Below are positions 39,184 through 48,632 of a DNA stretch of 64,000 nucleotides, piece after piece; position 1 is the stretch's first letter, and each line of letters begins with the position of its first letter. The stretch is from an uncultured Gemmatimonadales bacterium (GTDB taxonomy: Bacteria > Gemmatimonadota > Gemmatimonadetes > Longimicrobiales > Gaopeijiaceae), in contig CALFPJ010000022.1 of the NCBI GenBank assembly GCA_937919655.1, positions 64,986 through 128,985 of the forward strand, in the 5' to 3' direction. Both the position numbers and the translations under genes were made by a program. Under the pieces are notes generated by a model. The model searched no databases, had not been told where the DNA came from, and saw only the letters and a list, made by a program, of their open reading frames with translations.

Positions 39184-40234
39184 AATCAGGTAGGCTGAGC
39201 GTTCCAGGGAGCCCTCTCCGTTCCGTTCCTATGGGACTAGGTCGATCAGAAGCTACCCCGGCAAGTCCAGCGGTCAAGCCGCCCAAGCGAGGCACACCCC
39301 GAGCCCGGCAGCAAAGGAGAGCGCAACCGGGCAAAGGAAGAGCCACCCGCCGACGCGAACGGTGACGAAAGACCCCTCTCGCCGACGCCAACGGCGAGGA
39401 AACACCAGAGAAGCTCAGGAGCTACATATGAGGAACCCGGTGACGCGCAGACCCGTTCTGGGTGCGAGGTCCGAGTGCAGATCAAGGCGGGCAAGGCGAG
39501 CGAGCGAGGCCTACTCACGTACGCCGCAGCCGAGTCCGCAGCTCCACGCAGAGCTGCGCCGAAGATTTTACCCAGAAAGGCGAAAGGGCCCGGACTCGAT
39601 CCGAAGATCTCATCCGAGCCCTCTCTATCTCGGGGTCGCATCCGGCGCTTCACGCTGCGCCTTCCTGCTTCCCAACCTGCGCTGGCGGGAACTCGGCCCG
39701 TACTTGGGTCCGCCATCGTGACGGCGGCTAGGCCTTCTCCCTTCCACCCATGTATTGCCGCACGGTCCGCGACCAAGGGCACCTCTTCGCTTTCGAGGCT
39801 TCTGATGAGGGCCAGCGACCTCCCTCACCTGACTCACCAGATATCCCAAGTCCGGCTTGTCTTGCCACCATCACACCGTCGTGCCCGGTAGCCAACGTTT
39901 CGGAGTTATCAGAGGGATGACCAACGCCATCGTCTTTGATGAGCCGCATCCGAATCGCGATAGCTAAATACCGGATCCCAAGGGGCCCTACAAGGGTGCT
40001 GGCGACGAACGAGTGGCGACTTTAGCAACACATCGCAACTCGTTACTTAGTAATCGTTTACATGCATCATCGCAGTCACTTTTGAGGCATCTTCGGGCTC
40101 GTCCGTAAACAGATGATTTAGTAAACACTCATTCCCTAAACATCTGGCTTGTGCACAATGGAACTTGTGAAATCGCCTCCATCTAGGCACTCACAAAACG
40201 TAATCCAGGCCCTCAGTTCTGTTGCCTAGACTAC

Positions 40235-40261
40235 AAAAAAACCTAGGTAAACATCCCTAGG
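40235..40261 (-). terminator. putative intrinsic terminator of lipB
   Basis: On the minus strand, CCTAGG-gatgttta-CCTAGG hairpin (which includes the lipB TAG stop) followed by UUUUUUU. Confidence 0.5.
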
Positions 40262-40878
40262 AAAGCCTCCACAAATGCCCCTGATGCCTCCTCGACGGTC
40301 ACGGAGCAACCCACTTCGCGCTCCAGAGACGTGACATTCCGGTCCAAGAGGCCGCACGGCACGATTGTGTCGAAGTAGCTCAGGTCTGTGGCGACGTTGA
40401 GCGCCACGCCATGGGAGGTGATCCACCCGGACGAAACACGAACCCCGATCGCCGCGAGCTTGCCGGAGGGGGTCCAGACCCCTGTATAGCCCTCACGGCG
40501 CTCAGCCGCGACCCCAAAGGCAGCAGCGGTGCTCACCAGCACTGCTTCCAGGTCCCTCAGATATTGGTGGAGGTCCTGTCTGTCCGGCTTGAGATCGAGA
40601 ATCGGGTATGCGACCAGCTGCCCAGGACCATGGTAAGTGACATCACCCCCCCGCCCCGTCTCGAAGAGCTCGATCCCCCGAGTTGCGCGCTCATCCATGT
40701 CGGCGAGCACGTGTGCCTTGTCCGAACTCGACCCGAGCGTGATCACATGGGGATGTTCTAGGAGTAGGAGCGTGTCTGGAATGGCCCCTTCCCTCCGGGA
40801 GACGACGAGTTCTGCCTGGAGCGCGAGAGCGTCCGCATAGGCCACGCACCCGAGCCTCCGGACGTTCAGTTCAGGCAC
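40243..40878 (-). CDS. lipB: octanoyl-[ACP]:protein N-octanoyltransferase
   Basis: RGGDVTYHGPGQLVAYPILDL motif. Probable GTG start at 40878 with GAGAGGA upstream; the track ORF runs to 40965. Confidence 0.88.
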   Translation of the reverse strand: MPELNVRRLGCVAYADALALQAELVVSRREGAIPDTLLLLEHPHVITLGSSSDKAHVLADMDERATRGIELFETGRGGDVTYHGPGQLVAYPILDLKPDRQDLHQYLRDLEAVLVSTAAAFGVAAERREGYTGVWTPSGKLAAIGVRVSSGWITSHGVALNVATDLSYFDTIVPCGLLDRNVTSLEREVGCSVTVEEASGAFVEAFLGMFT

Positions 40879-40977
40879 ACGCGGATCCTCTCGTTCCTGA
40901 CAGCGGCGTGAAAGGAAAGCCCCCTGGCACCGATGAGCGCCAGGGGGGCTGACTACCGCACACACACAGCTTGGAGG

Positions 40978-42345
40978 TCACGCGTCCTCTGGGAAGTCCT
41001 CAAGCATGTCTTTGAGCGCCGAGAGGAATCGGGCCGCGTCTGCACCATCTACGATGCGGTGATCGTAACCAAGCGAGAACAGCGATCTCTTGCGAATTGC
41101 GATCACATCCGCGCCTGTCTCTGGGTCGCTGACCACGACGACTCTCTTCTCAATCGCTCCGGTGCCGAGGATTGCTGACGTCCCTTTTGGGATCACCGGC
41201 AAGCCCACCAACGTCCCGAGCACCCCGGGGTTCGTGATTGAGAAGGTCGCGCCCTGAATCTCGTCAGGCATGAGCTTCTTGTCGCGCGCACGAGTGGCGA
41301 CGTCCACAATCTTGTTTCCGATCCCGATGAGTCCGAGGTGGTCCGCATCATGCACAACCGGGACGATCAAGCCGGGATTAAGGTCAACCGCCATGCCCAG
41401 ATTCACGTTTCCTCGGTAGACCAAGTTGTTGCCGGACACCACCCCGTTGACCATGGGGAAGTCGCGTAGCACCCGCGAAGTCGCCCACGCGACGAACGCT
41501 GTGTAACTGACCTTGGCGCCCTGAGCAGTCCAACGAGCTTTGTTGGCGGCCCGAATTCGATCGATCGAAGAGAAGTCGATCTCAATAAACGAGTGGACGT
41601 GAGGCGCCACACGCTTCGCCAGCACCATGTGTTCGGCGGTGAGACGGCGCATCTTATCCATCGCCACGACCTGATCTGCCGCTCGGACCGGGTACTCAGG
41701 GTGCTGCACCTGCCTATAGAACGTCGTCCAAAAGTCGGATGGCGCCGCGGTAGCTGCTGACGCAGCCGGACGGGCAACCGGAGTCGCGGGAGCCGCAACC
41801 GAGGTCGGTGCAGCCGCACCGCTCTCAATAAAGCTCAGTATGTCCTGCTTGGTCACGCGTCCCGCGTGCCCAGAGCCCGGAACCCCGGTGATATCGACTC
41901 CGTGCTCCTCTGCAATCTTGCGGACGACCGGCGTGGATCGCGTCCGCAGCCGTTCCTCTACACTCTCGGGCCCGCTGGCCGCTGACGCGCCTGCGCCGGA
42001 AGACGCGGGTGCAACTGCCGCGTCAGAAGTGGCCACAGGTGCGACAGGTGCCGCCACGTCCGGCACGGCCACCACAGGAGCGCTGGGTGTTGCCCCGGCG
42101 CCTGCCTCGGTATCCACGTAGGCCACGATGGTGCCGACTTCAACGGTCTCGCCTTCCTGCACGACAATCTCGACAAGCGTCCCAGAAGATGGGGAAGGAA
42201 TCTCCGCATCAACCTTGTCAGTTGAGATCTCGAGGATGGGCTCGTCGCGTTCGACGGTATCACCAACCTGCTTCATCCATTTCGAGACTGTTCCCTCGGC
42301 AATGGACTCGCCCATCTGGGGCATCGGGACTTCAATTCGAGCCAC
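40978..42345 (-). CDS. 2-oxoacid dehydrogenase E2 (dihydrolipoamide acyltransferase)
   Basis: 455 aa; N-terminal lipoyl domain (EISTDKVDAEIPS), Ala/Pro linker, E3-binding and catalytic domain (DHRIVDGA). Confidence 0.9.
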   Translation of the reverse strand: MARIEVPMPQMGESIAEGTVSKWMKQVGDTVERDEPILEISTDKVDAEIPSPSSGTLVEIVVQEGETVEVGTIVAYVDTEAGAGATPSAPVVAVPDVAAPVAPVATSDAAVAPASSGAGASAASGPESVEERLRTRSTPVVRKIAEEHGVDITGVPGSGHAGRVTKQDILSFIESGAAAPTSVAAPATPVARPAASAATAAPSDFWTTFYRQVQHPEYPVRAADQVVAMDKMRRLTAEHMVLAKRVAPHVHSFIEIDFSSIDRIRAANKARWTAQGAKVSYTAFVAWATSRVLRDFPMVNGVVSGNNLVYRGNVNLGMAVDLNPGLIVPVVHDADHLGLIGIGNKIVDVATRARDKKLMPDEIQGATFSITNPGVLGTLVGLPVIPKGTSAILGTGAIEKRVVVVSDPETGADVIAIRKRSLFSLGYDHRIVDGADAARFLSALKDMLEDFPEDA

Positions 42346-42511
42346 GCTCGATCACTCCGTTCAGGTGTTTCTGGTCTGTGCCCATTTCCGGATATGCAAC
42401 GCGTCACTTACCCGTGGGAGGGGCCTACGATCCTTCAATTGCTTCGTCGGTCGCGCCTAGTGTCCTGTCCCAGAAAGTTGGGACAGGGCACGGACGTGAC
42501 CTTTACATGTC

Positions 42512-43537
42512 TTAGTACCCAGCAAGGTAACGGGCCGCCTTCACTACGTCGCTTGTCTGCGGCAGGAAGTAGTCCTCAAGTGACCCCGAATACGGCACTG
42601 GCGAGTCGATCGCCGTAACTCTCAGAATGGGACCGTCGAGCCACTCGAACGCCTTTTCGCTAATGCGGATTGCGATTTCGCCCGCGATACCGCCTGTCCG
42701 GGTGTCCTCATGGACGACGAGTACCTTCCCGGTCTTCTTCACGGATTCGATGATGGCGTCGTCGTCCAACGGCAGCAGAGTTCTCAGGTCGATGACCTCG
42801 ACGCTTAGGCCATCCTCCTTCTCCAACAACTCCGCAGCCTCTACCGACTTGTGTACCATGGCCCCGTAGGTCACAACCGTCAGGTCCTTGCCCTCGCGAA
42901 CGGTGTTCGCCTTGCCGATCGGCACCACGTAGTCCTCGTCCGGCAGAACTTCGCGCAGCGCGGGAGCCCGGTATAGACCCTTGTGCTCTTCGAAGATCAC
43001 CGGATTGTCGTCCCGGATCGCCGACTTGATGAGGCCCTTCGCGTCGTAAGGGGTGCTCGGATAAACAATCTTGAGCCCAGGCGTGTGGAAGAAGGCCATT
43101 TCCACGTTCTGGGAATGGAACGGCCCTCCACGATTTCCTCCCCCGACTGGCCCACGAATGACCAGCGGCATCGGCCCTGCGCCCCGGTATAGCGAGGTGG
43201 CGATGTAGTTGGTGATCACGTCGTAGGCAGGCGAGATGAAGTCCATGAACTGCATCTCGACGACTGGACGGAGACCCATATGGGCAGCACCTGCGGCTGC
43301 GCCGGTAAATCCACCCTCGGCGATCGGGGTATCGATGACTCGTCGATCGCCAAAGTGTTCCAGAAAGCCACGCGTGACCTTAAAGGCGCCGCCATACGTG
43401 CCGATATCCTCGCCTAGGAGGAAGACCCGCTCGTCGCTCGACATCTCTTCGAAGAGTCCCTCACTGATGGCCTCGAGCAGCGTGACTGGCTCGCCTCGGC
43501 GGGTCTTCTGCAAATATTCGGGTGTAGGCTGCTCCAT
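42512..43537 (-). CDS. 2-oxoacid dehydrogenase E1 beta subunit
   Basis: Transketolase-like Pyr/C-terminal domains. Probable start MEQPTPEYLQ (43537). Confidence 0.88.
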   Translation of the reverse strand: MEQPTPEYLQKTRRGEPVTLLEAISEGLFEEMSSDERVFLLGEDIGTYGGAFKVTRGFLEHFGDRRVIDTPIAEGGFTGAAAGAAHMGLRPVVEMQFMDFISPAYDVITNYIATSLYRGAGPMPLVIRGPVGGGNRGGPFHSQNVEMAFFHTPGLKIVYPSTPYDAKGLIKSAIRDDNPVIFEEHKGLYRAPALREVLPDEDYVVPIGKANTVREGKDLTVVTYGAMVHKSVEAAELLEKEDGLSVEVIDLRTLLPLDDDAIIESVKKTGKVLVVHEDTRTGGIAGEIAIRISEKAFEWLDGPILRVTAIDSPVPYSGSLEDYFLPQTSDVVKAARYLAGY

Positions 43538-43545
43538 GAAATTCC

Positions 43546-44595
43546 TCACGCGAGCCGTGGGTCGGGGCTCACGCCCCGCGTCCACGGGTGTGGCGTAGTT
43601 ACGTCTGTGTAAACGTCATCGACCGCATCGGGCCCGTGCGGGACCGGTTCCGCGATCGCCTGCTCGGCGGCGACCCGGCAATCCTCTTCCGACTCATGCC
43701 AGAGAGTCTCCAACTCCTGCTCAGTCGCCCAGCCGTTGTCTACCATACGCCGGTGAAAGCAGGCGATCGGATCTTTCTTTTCCCACTCAGCGATCAGAGC
43801 CGGATCCACGTACTCTTGGCTGTCATGCTGTGCGTGGCCCAGCCGGCGGAAGTATTTCAACTCAATCAATTGCGTGCCCAGCCCGCCTCGGGCTCGCTCC
43901 GCGGCTCGCGAAACGGCTTCGTAGACGGCGATCACGTCAGTACCGTCCACAGACTCCGCCCCGATCCCATAACCTGGGGCTTTCTCGGTGAAGCTCTGCA
44001 CCCGGGTATTCTTCGCCGTCGGAGACGAGAACGCGTACTGGTTGGCCTCGACCATCAAGATGAGAGGGCAACGCTGCACCGCCGCGAAGTTCAAACCTTC
44101 ATGCCAGGCGCCGGTTGAGGACGCCCCGTCTCCATAAAAGACCATGCCGACTCGGTCCTCTCCCCGCAGCGAAAACGATAGCGTCACGCCCGCCATGATT
44201 TCGACCATGGTGCCGAGTGGAGACACCGGCCCGACGAAACCCTTCTGATAGTCGACCCAGTGGACGTTGGCCTCACGACCTCTCGTGGGACTAGTCTCGC
44301 GGGCCATGTATTGGCGGAAGAAGTCGACGAGGGTCGCGCCAAAGAGGAACATGGCTCCCGCAGCTCTCACGGTGGGCGCGAGGAAGTCTCCTGTCCCGTC
44401 CGACTCACGGCGGAGCGCGAATGCGGCGCCTACAGACCCGGCTTCCTGCCCCAACGAACGATAAAGTCCGCCGGTGACATGCCCTTGTTTCTGAAGAATC
44501 TCAAGACGCTCTTCGGCCGCACGCGTGATGCAGAGCGCCCGATAAAGCCCCTTAAGGCGCTCACCGTCGAGTCCCGCAGGAAAAGAGTCGGACAC
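43546..44595 (-). CDS. 2-oxoacid dehydrogenase E1 alpha subunit (TPP-dependent)
   Basis: 349 aa; YRSLGQEA and GDGASSTGAWHEGLNFA TPP-binding region. Confidence 0.88.
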   Translation of the reverse strand: MSDSFPAGLDGERLKGLYRALCITRAAEERLEILQKQGHVTGGLYRSLGQEAGSVGAAFALRRESDGTGDFLAPTVRAAGAMFLFGATLVDFFRQYMARETSPTRGREANVHWVDYQKGFVGPVSPLGTMVEIMAGVTLSFSLRGEDRVGMVFYGDGASSTGAWHEGLNFAAVQRCPLILMVEANQYAFSSPTAKNTRVQSFTEKAPGYGIGAESVDGTDVIAVYEAVSRAAERARGGLGTQLIELKYFRRLGHAQHDSQEYVDPALIAEWEKKDPIACFHRRMVDNGWATEQELETLWHESEEDCRVAAEQAIAEPVPHGPDAVDDVYTDVTTPHPWTRGVSPDPRLA

Positions 44596-44634
44596 AGCTC
44601 TGAGGTCGAAGGTTGGTTCGAGCCGCTCGCAGTA

Positions 44635-45018
44635 CTAGTTGCCGGAGTTCCCCGGATCGACAGTACCGGCCGGATCTGCGTTACCCGTGCCCTCCGCTGG
44701 CGGGTCGCCAAGCCCAGGAAGCACAGGCGCGGGAGCTGCGGCAGCAGCGGGCGCCTGAACCTGGATGACAGATGTAGGAGCCTGCGCGCGCGAAGACATG
44801 ATCGACAACACGAGGGCGAGGACCATGAAAATGGTCCCAGAAACCCAGGTGGAGCGCGTCAGCATCGTAGCGGCCTGACGCCCGCCCAGGACGCCTTCCG
44901 TCATCGCGGAGCCACCACCAACGGCCGCAAGCCCACCGCCCTTTCCAGACTGGAGGAGGATCACGACCGACATGAATATGCCGTCCAATACGAGGACGGC
45001 GAGTAAGAATCCGTACAT
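44635..45018 (-). CDS. secG: preprotein translocase subunit SecG
   Basis: 127 aa; MYGFLLAVLVLDGIFMSVVILLQSGKGGGL classic SecG. Confidence 0.9.
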   Translation of the reverse strand: MYGFLLAVLVLDGIFMSVVILLQSGKGGGLAAVGGGSAMTEGVLGGRQAATMLTRSTWVSGTIFMVLALVLSIMSSRAQAPTSVIQVQAPAAAAAPAPVLPGLGDPPAEGTGNADPAGTVDPGNSGN

Positions 45019-45085
45019 CTGACTGATTAATCCCTTCAGGGTGAGATGATAAACGTCGACCAGCCGCTGCGGAGTGTCAACGGGC

Positions 45086-45835
45086 CTAGCCTCCCCCGGC
45101 TAGGGCGATCCCGAGGAACGAATCCGGGTCGAGGCTCGCGCCCCCGACCAGTACGCCGTCCACTTCCGGTGCAGAAAGCAATTCAGCGGCGTTGGAAGGC
45201 TTCACTGACCCCCCGTAAAGTATAGGTGTCCGGAGCGCAGCGGCGATGCCGAGCGAGGCCTCTAGCTCGGCCCTGAGGGTCTGGTGGGCGGAAGATGCGT
45301 CGTCAGGAGTAGCGGTTTCGCCCGTTCCAATGGCCCAAACAGGCTCGTAGGCGATCAAGAAGCGCCCTTGGCCTCCAGCGAGAGCGGACACGGCTGCTCG
45401 TAGTTGTCGCAGAATTACTTCCTCGACGCGGTCGGCGCGGCGCTCATCCAGTGTCTCGCCGACGCACACGACCGGGACCAACCCGTGGTCGCGAGCCGCC
45501 ACCACTTTGAGGGCGACCTCCTCGTCCGTCTCGGCAAATACGTGGCGGCGCTCCGAGTGTCCTACCAAGGCGAACTTCGCACCCACCTCGGCGGCCATAA
45601 TCGCGGAGGTCTCCCCCGTGAACGCGCCCGTCGACTCCCAGTGAACGTTCTGCACCCCGAGCTGGACACGGGGATCTCGGTCGGGACTGGACACGGCCGC
45701 GCCCAGCGACACGGTGGGCGGAAAGATGATCAGCTCGTTACGGTCGGCTGCAGCGCCGACCTGAAGGGCTGCAAAGAAAGCGCGCGTCTCCGCGGGCCCC
45801 ATGTACATTTTCCAATTCCCTGCAATCACGGCCAT
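45086..45835 (-). CDS. tpiA: triose-phosphate isomerase
   Basis: 249 aa; AIAGNWKM, GHSERR and AYEPVWAIGTG motifs. Confidence 0.94.
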   Translation of the reverse strand: MAVIAGNWKMYMGPAETRAFFAALQVGAAADRNELIIFPPTVSLGAAVSSPDRDPRVQLGVQNVHWESTGAFTGETSAIMAAEVGAKFALVGHSERRHVFAETDEEVALKVVAARDHGLVPVVCVGETLDERRADRVEEVILRQLRAAVSALAGGQGRFLIAYEPVWAIGTGETATPDDASSAHQTLRAELEASLGIAAALRTPILYGGSVKPSNAAELLSAPEVDGVLVGGASLDPDSFLGIALAGGG

Positions 45836-47046
45836 AACGAATCATCCTTGTCATTGAGCGTCTCGACCCCGGGAAGGAGACGGCCCGCGAGGAGTTCCAG
45901 CGACGCGCCACCGCCCGTGGACACGTGACTCAATCGGGCGGCAACGCCCGCGTCCTCGGCGGCGGCGGCCGAATCCCCGCCGCCGATCACACCCAGGGCA
46001 CCGTGGTCGCACGCGTCTGCCACCGCTCTGGCCACCTCGATGGTCCCCATGGCGAACGCGGGAATCTCAAACACCCCCATCGGTCCGTTCCACAAGATGG
46101 TCTTGGCAGCAGACACTGTAGCGCGAAATTGGGCTACCGTCGCCGGCCCTACGTCTACGATCTTGTCGTCCGCACCCACTGTATCAACGGTGACGATGCG
46201 GGTGTCGGCGCCATTTTCGATCCGGTCGGTCACGACACAGTCCACGGGTAGGACCAGCTTGGATCCCGCTCGATTGAGGAGATCACGGGCCATCTTGATC
46301 CGATCTGGCTCCACAAGCGACGACCCCGTGTCGTATCCCTGCGCTCGGAAGAACGTATTGGCCATGGCCCCGCCAACCAGGAGCTTGTCGACGCGAGGAA
46401 GTAGCGCAGAAATCACGTCGATCTTGCCCGAAATCTTGGCGCCACCAAGGATGGCTACAAAAGGGCGCGCGGGTCGTTCCATTGCGTCGCCGAGGAATCG
46501 GAGTTCGCGCGCCATGAGCAGGCCCGCGACCGCGATTCCCCCACGCGCTCGCACCGCCTCGGCGAGGCCAGATGTCGACGCGTGCGCGCGGTGGGCTGCG
46601 CCAAATGCGTCATTGACGAATACGTCTCCGAGCGCGGCCCAGCCCTCGGCGAGAGCGCCGTCGTTCTCTGTGTCACCGGGAAAGAACCGTGTGTTCTCAA
46701 GGAGAGCCAATTCGCCGTCTCTGAGGTCAGCAATGACTGCCTCCCCCCCCTGCCCGACGGGGACATCGACAAAGCCGACGGCGACCCCCAAGAGGGCCGT
46801 GAGGTGTTCTGCCACCGGCCGGAGCGAGTACTCGGGATTGGCTTCGCCGCCTGGGCGACCAAAATGAGAGAGGACGACGGTGCGTGCGCCCGCGTCCATC
46901 AGTAACTGGAGCGTGGGGAGCGAGGCACGAACGCGTTGATCATCGGAGATCACGTCCTGTTCCATCGGCACGTTCAGGTCAGCTCGCACCAATACGGTGC
47001 GACCCGCGAGCAACGTGGGATCAAGATCTGCGATCGATTTCTTCAT
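45826..47046 (-). CDS. pgk: phosphoglycerate kinase
   Basis: 406 aa; RADLNVP and GGGASLE motifs. Confidence 0.94.
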   Translation of the reverse strand: MKKSIADLDPTLLAGRTVLVRADLNVPMEQDVISDDQRVRASLPTLQLLMDAGARTVVLSHFGRPGGEANPEYSLRPVAEHLTALLGVAVGFVDVPVGQGGEAVIADLRDGELALLENTRFFPGDTENDGALAEGWAALGDVFVNDAFGAAHRAHASTSGLAEAVRARGGIAVAGLLMARELRFLGDAMERPARPFVAILGGAKISGKIDVISALLPRVDKLLVGGAMANTFFRAQGYDTGSSLVEPDRIKMARDLLNRAGSKLVLPVDCVVTDRIENGADTRIVTVDTVGADDKIVDVGPATVAQFRATVSAAKTILWNGPMGVFEIPAFAMGTIEVARAVADACDHGALGVIGGGDSAAAAEDAGVAARLSHVSTGGGASLELLAGRLLPGVETLNDKDDSLWP

Positions 47047-47278
47047 CGGCCGAAGCTATCGAATGAGGGCCCCCCGCGGTACACGCGAGATGCCCGCACC
47101 TTGATCAGCCTGCACAGACACCGCCAAGTACCTCACTAGCCTCACAGGCGACTACTGTCGTTCGCTGCGCTCAAGGTCCCGCTCGCCAACCAGCAACGTC
47201 TCCGAGTCAGTGATCGACATCAGCACCCTCAGGGTTAGACGTCCTGGCACGACATCACTCAGCGCAACCGTGAGGTAC

Positions 47279-48532
47279 TCATGTGTCGGCCCATCCGCCG
47301 TTGGCCGCCTTTCCCAACGGGTATGGAACCCTTCTTCCCCGCCGGGCGAATCGGGACAGTCGTGAGCGCTCCGCTATCCCGATCAAGGACCTCGACCCGC
47401 AACGTGTAGGAAGCCAAGCCGCGCATACGTACCGGATAGATCTCAAAATACACACCGATTGCATCAACTTCGAGCGGCTGGTCCAACGCGAGCGGTTCGA
47501 TCCAATCTGAAGTCCACGCTCGAAAAGAACCCTGGCCTCCGTCTTCAGCCCCTGCTTCCTGCGAATCCTGGCGAGCGAGAGAAGGGGCGCCGGGTTGTCC
47601 GGAGCCCTAACCATTCCTTCCTCTAGTGCGGCACTGACCTCAGCTCGCCACTGGGTCGGAGCGACACCTGCCGGAGGTTCGCCTAGCAGGATGGATTGGA
47701 TGGACCCAAAGCGACCCTCTGCATTCGGCAACGCCCCGAGCAGCAACTCCCGGGCTTCGCGTTGACTTGGGACTAGGAAGTCGATCTCGCCTCGCCACTC
47801 CGGAATTAGGGCGAGGTCAAACGGTTCGACGTCCAAGTCGTCCGGGGCACGGACCACCAAAACGTCGTCGGTGGAGAGAGACGCGTCACTCTCTGGCGGC
47901 TCGGCTAAGAAGACGACGTCGAATTCAACCCAGGTGCCTACGTTTTCGCCCCTGCTCGTGGCGGGTCGGAAACGCAGTTCCCGAGCGATGCCGCCGAGGG
48001 CAGCACGATCGAGTCCCGGAATCCCTGAACCCCTCGCCATCTGCACCTTGTCGACTGCTCCACTTTCGTCGACCCACAGCAACAACCGAACAGAACCCCC
48101 GACGCCAAGGCGCTCGAGCTCATCCGGATAATGTCGACGAATGAGCGCCTCGGTCCCGGTTCGATCGGCCATCGCCGGAAGGGTTGGCGCAGCCCTCCCG
48201 AACGCGACTGCGGCCGGCAGGGCAGCGGGCGGCTCGATAGGAATCGTCCGTCGCGAGGGCGCAGCTTCTGGCGGAAGAAGCGGGCTGGTCGGTTCGAACT
48301 CTGTAGCCTGGAATGACTGAGGCGGCGACTGAGCCGGCGCTAGGGTTGGCGCCACCACTACCGGCTCCTGGAAGGAGCCGATGAGGCGCACCAACGAGGC
48401 TCTGGCCGAAGGCACGCCCGCCGTCGCAAGCATCAGAACGACGGAGGCGGCGGCCGCGAGATAGCGTAGCCGAGGGCCACACGACGTCTGCCGCTGAACT
48501 CGCTCCCATTCGACCGCAAGTTCAGCCTGCAA
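47279..48532 (-). CDS. TonB C-terminal-domain protein, single-pass membrane, possible TPR-like tail
   Basis: 417 aa; TTG start; TM LRYLAAAASVVLMLATAGV; Pro-rich spacer; TonB_C-like YPDELERLGVGGSVRLLLWVDESGAVDKVQMARGSG. C-terminal roughly 60 aa of questionable quality. Confidence 0.6.
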   Translation of the reverse strand: MQAELAVEWERVQRQTSCGPRLRYLAAAASVVLMLATAGVPSARASLVRLIGSFQEPVVVAPTLAPAQSPPQSFQATEFEPTSPLLPPEAAPSRRTIPIEPPAALPAAVAFGRAAPTLPAMADRTGTEALIRRHYPDELERLGVGGSVRLLLWVDESGAVDKVQMARGSGIPGLDRAALGGIARELRFRPATSRGENVGTWVEFDVVFLAEPPESDASLSTDDVLVVRAPDDLDVEPFDLALIPEWRGEIDFLVPSQREARELLLGALPNAEGRFGSIQSILLGEPPAGVAPTQWRAEVSAALEEGMVRAPDNPAPLLSLARIRRKQGLKTEARVLFERGLQIGSNRSRWTSRSKLMQSVCILRSIRYVCAAWLPTRCGSRSLIGIAERSRLSRFARRGRRVPYPLGKAANGGWADT

Positions 48533-48632
48533 CTCGGGGGCGAACGAGGGTCGCTCTTCATATTAAATCGAGGAAAGTTCCGAGTCCAATAACCTCAGGT
48601 CTTCGGGCATCTCCAAACCTTCACTATCGAAT

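Noticed and set aside
39246-39891. Overlapping ORFs of 74-178 aa on both strands within the carA-lipB spacer
   Set aside because: All are low-complexity (R/P/S/A-rich). Six mutually overlapping frames are open, third-position GC is not gene-like, and no motif is seen. Treated as non-coding; see finding.
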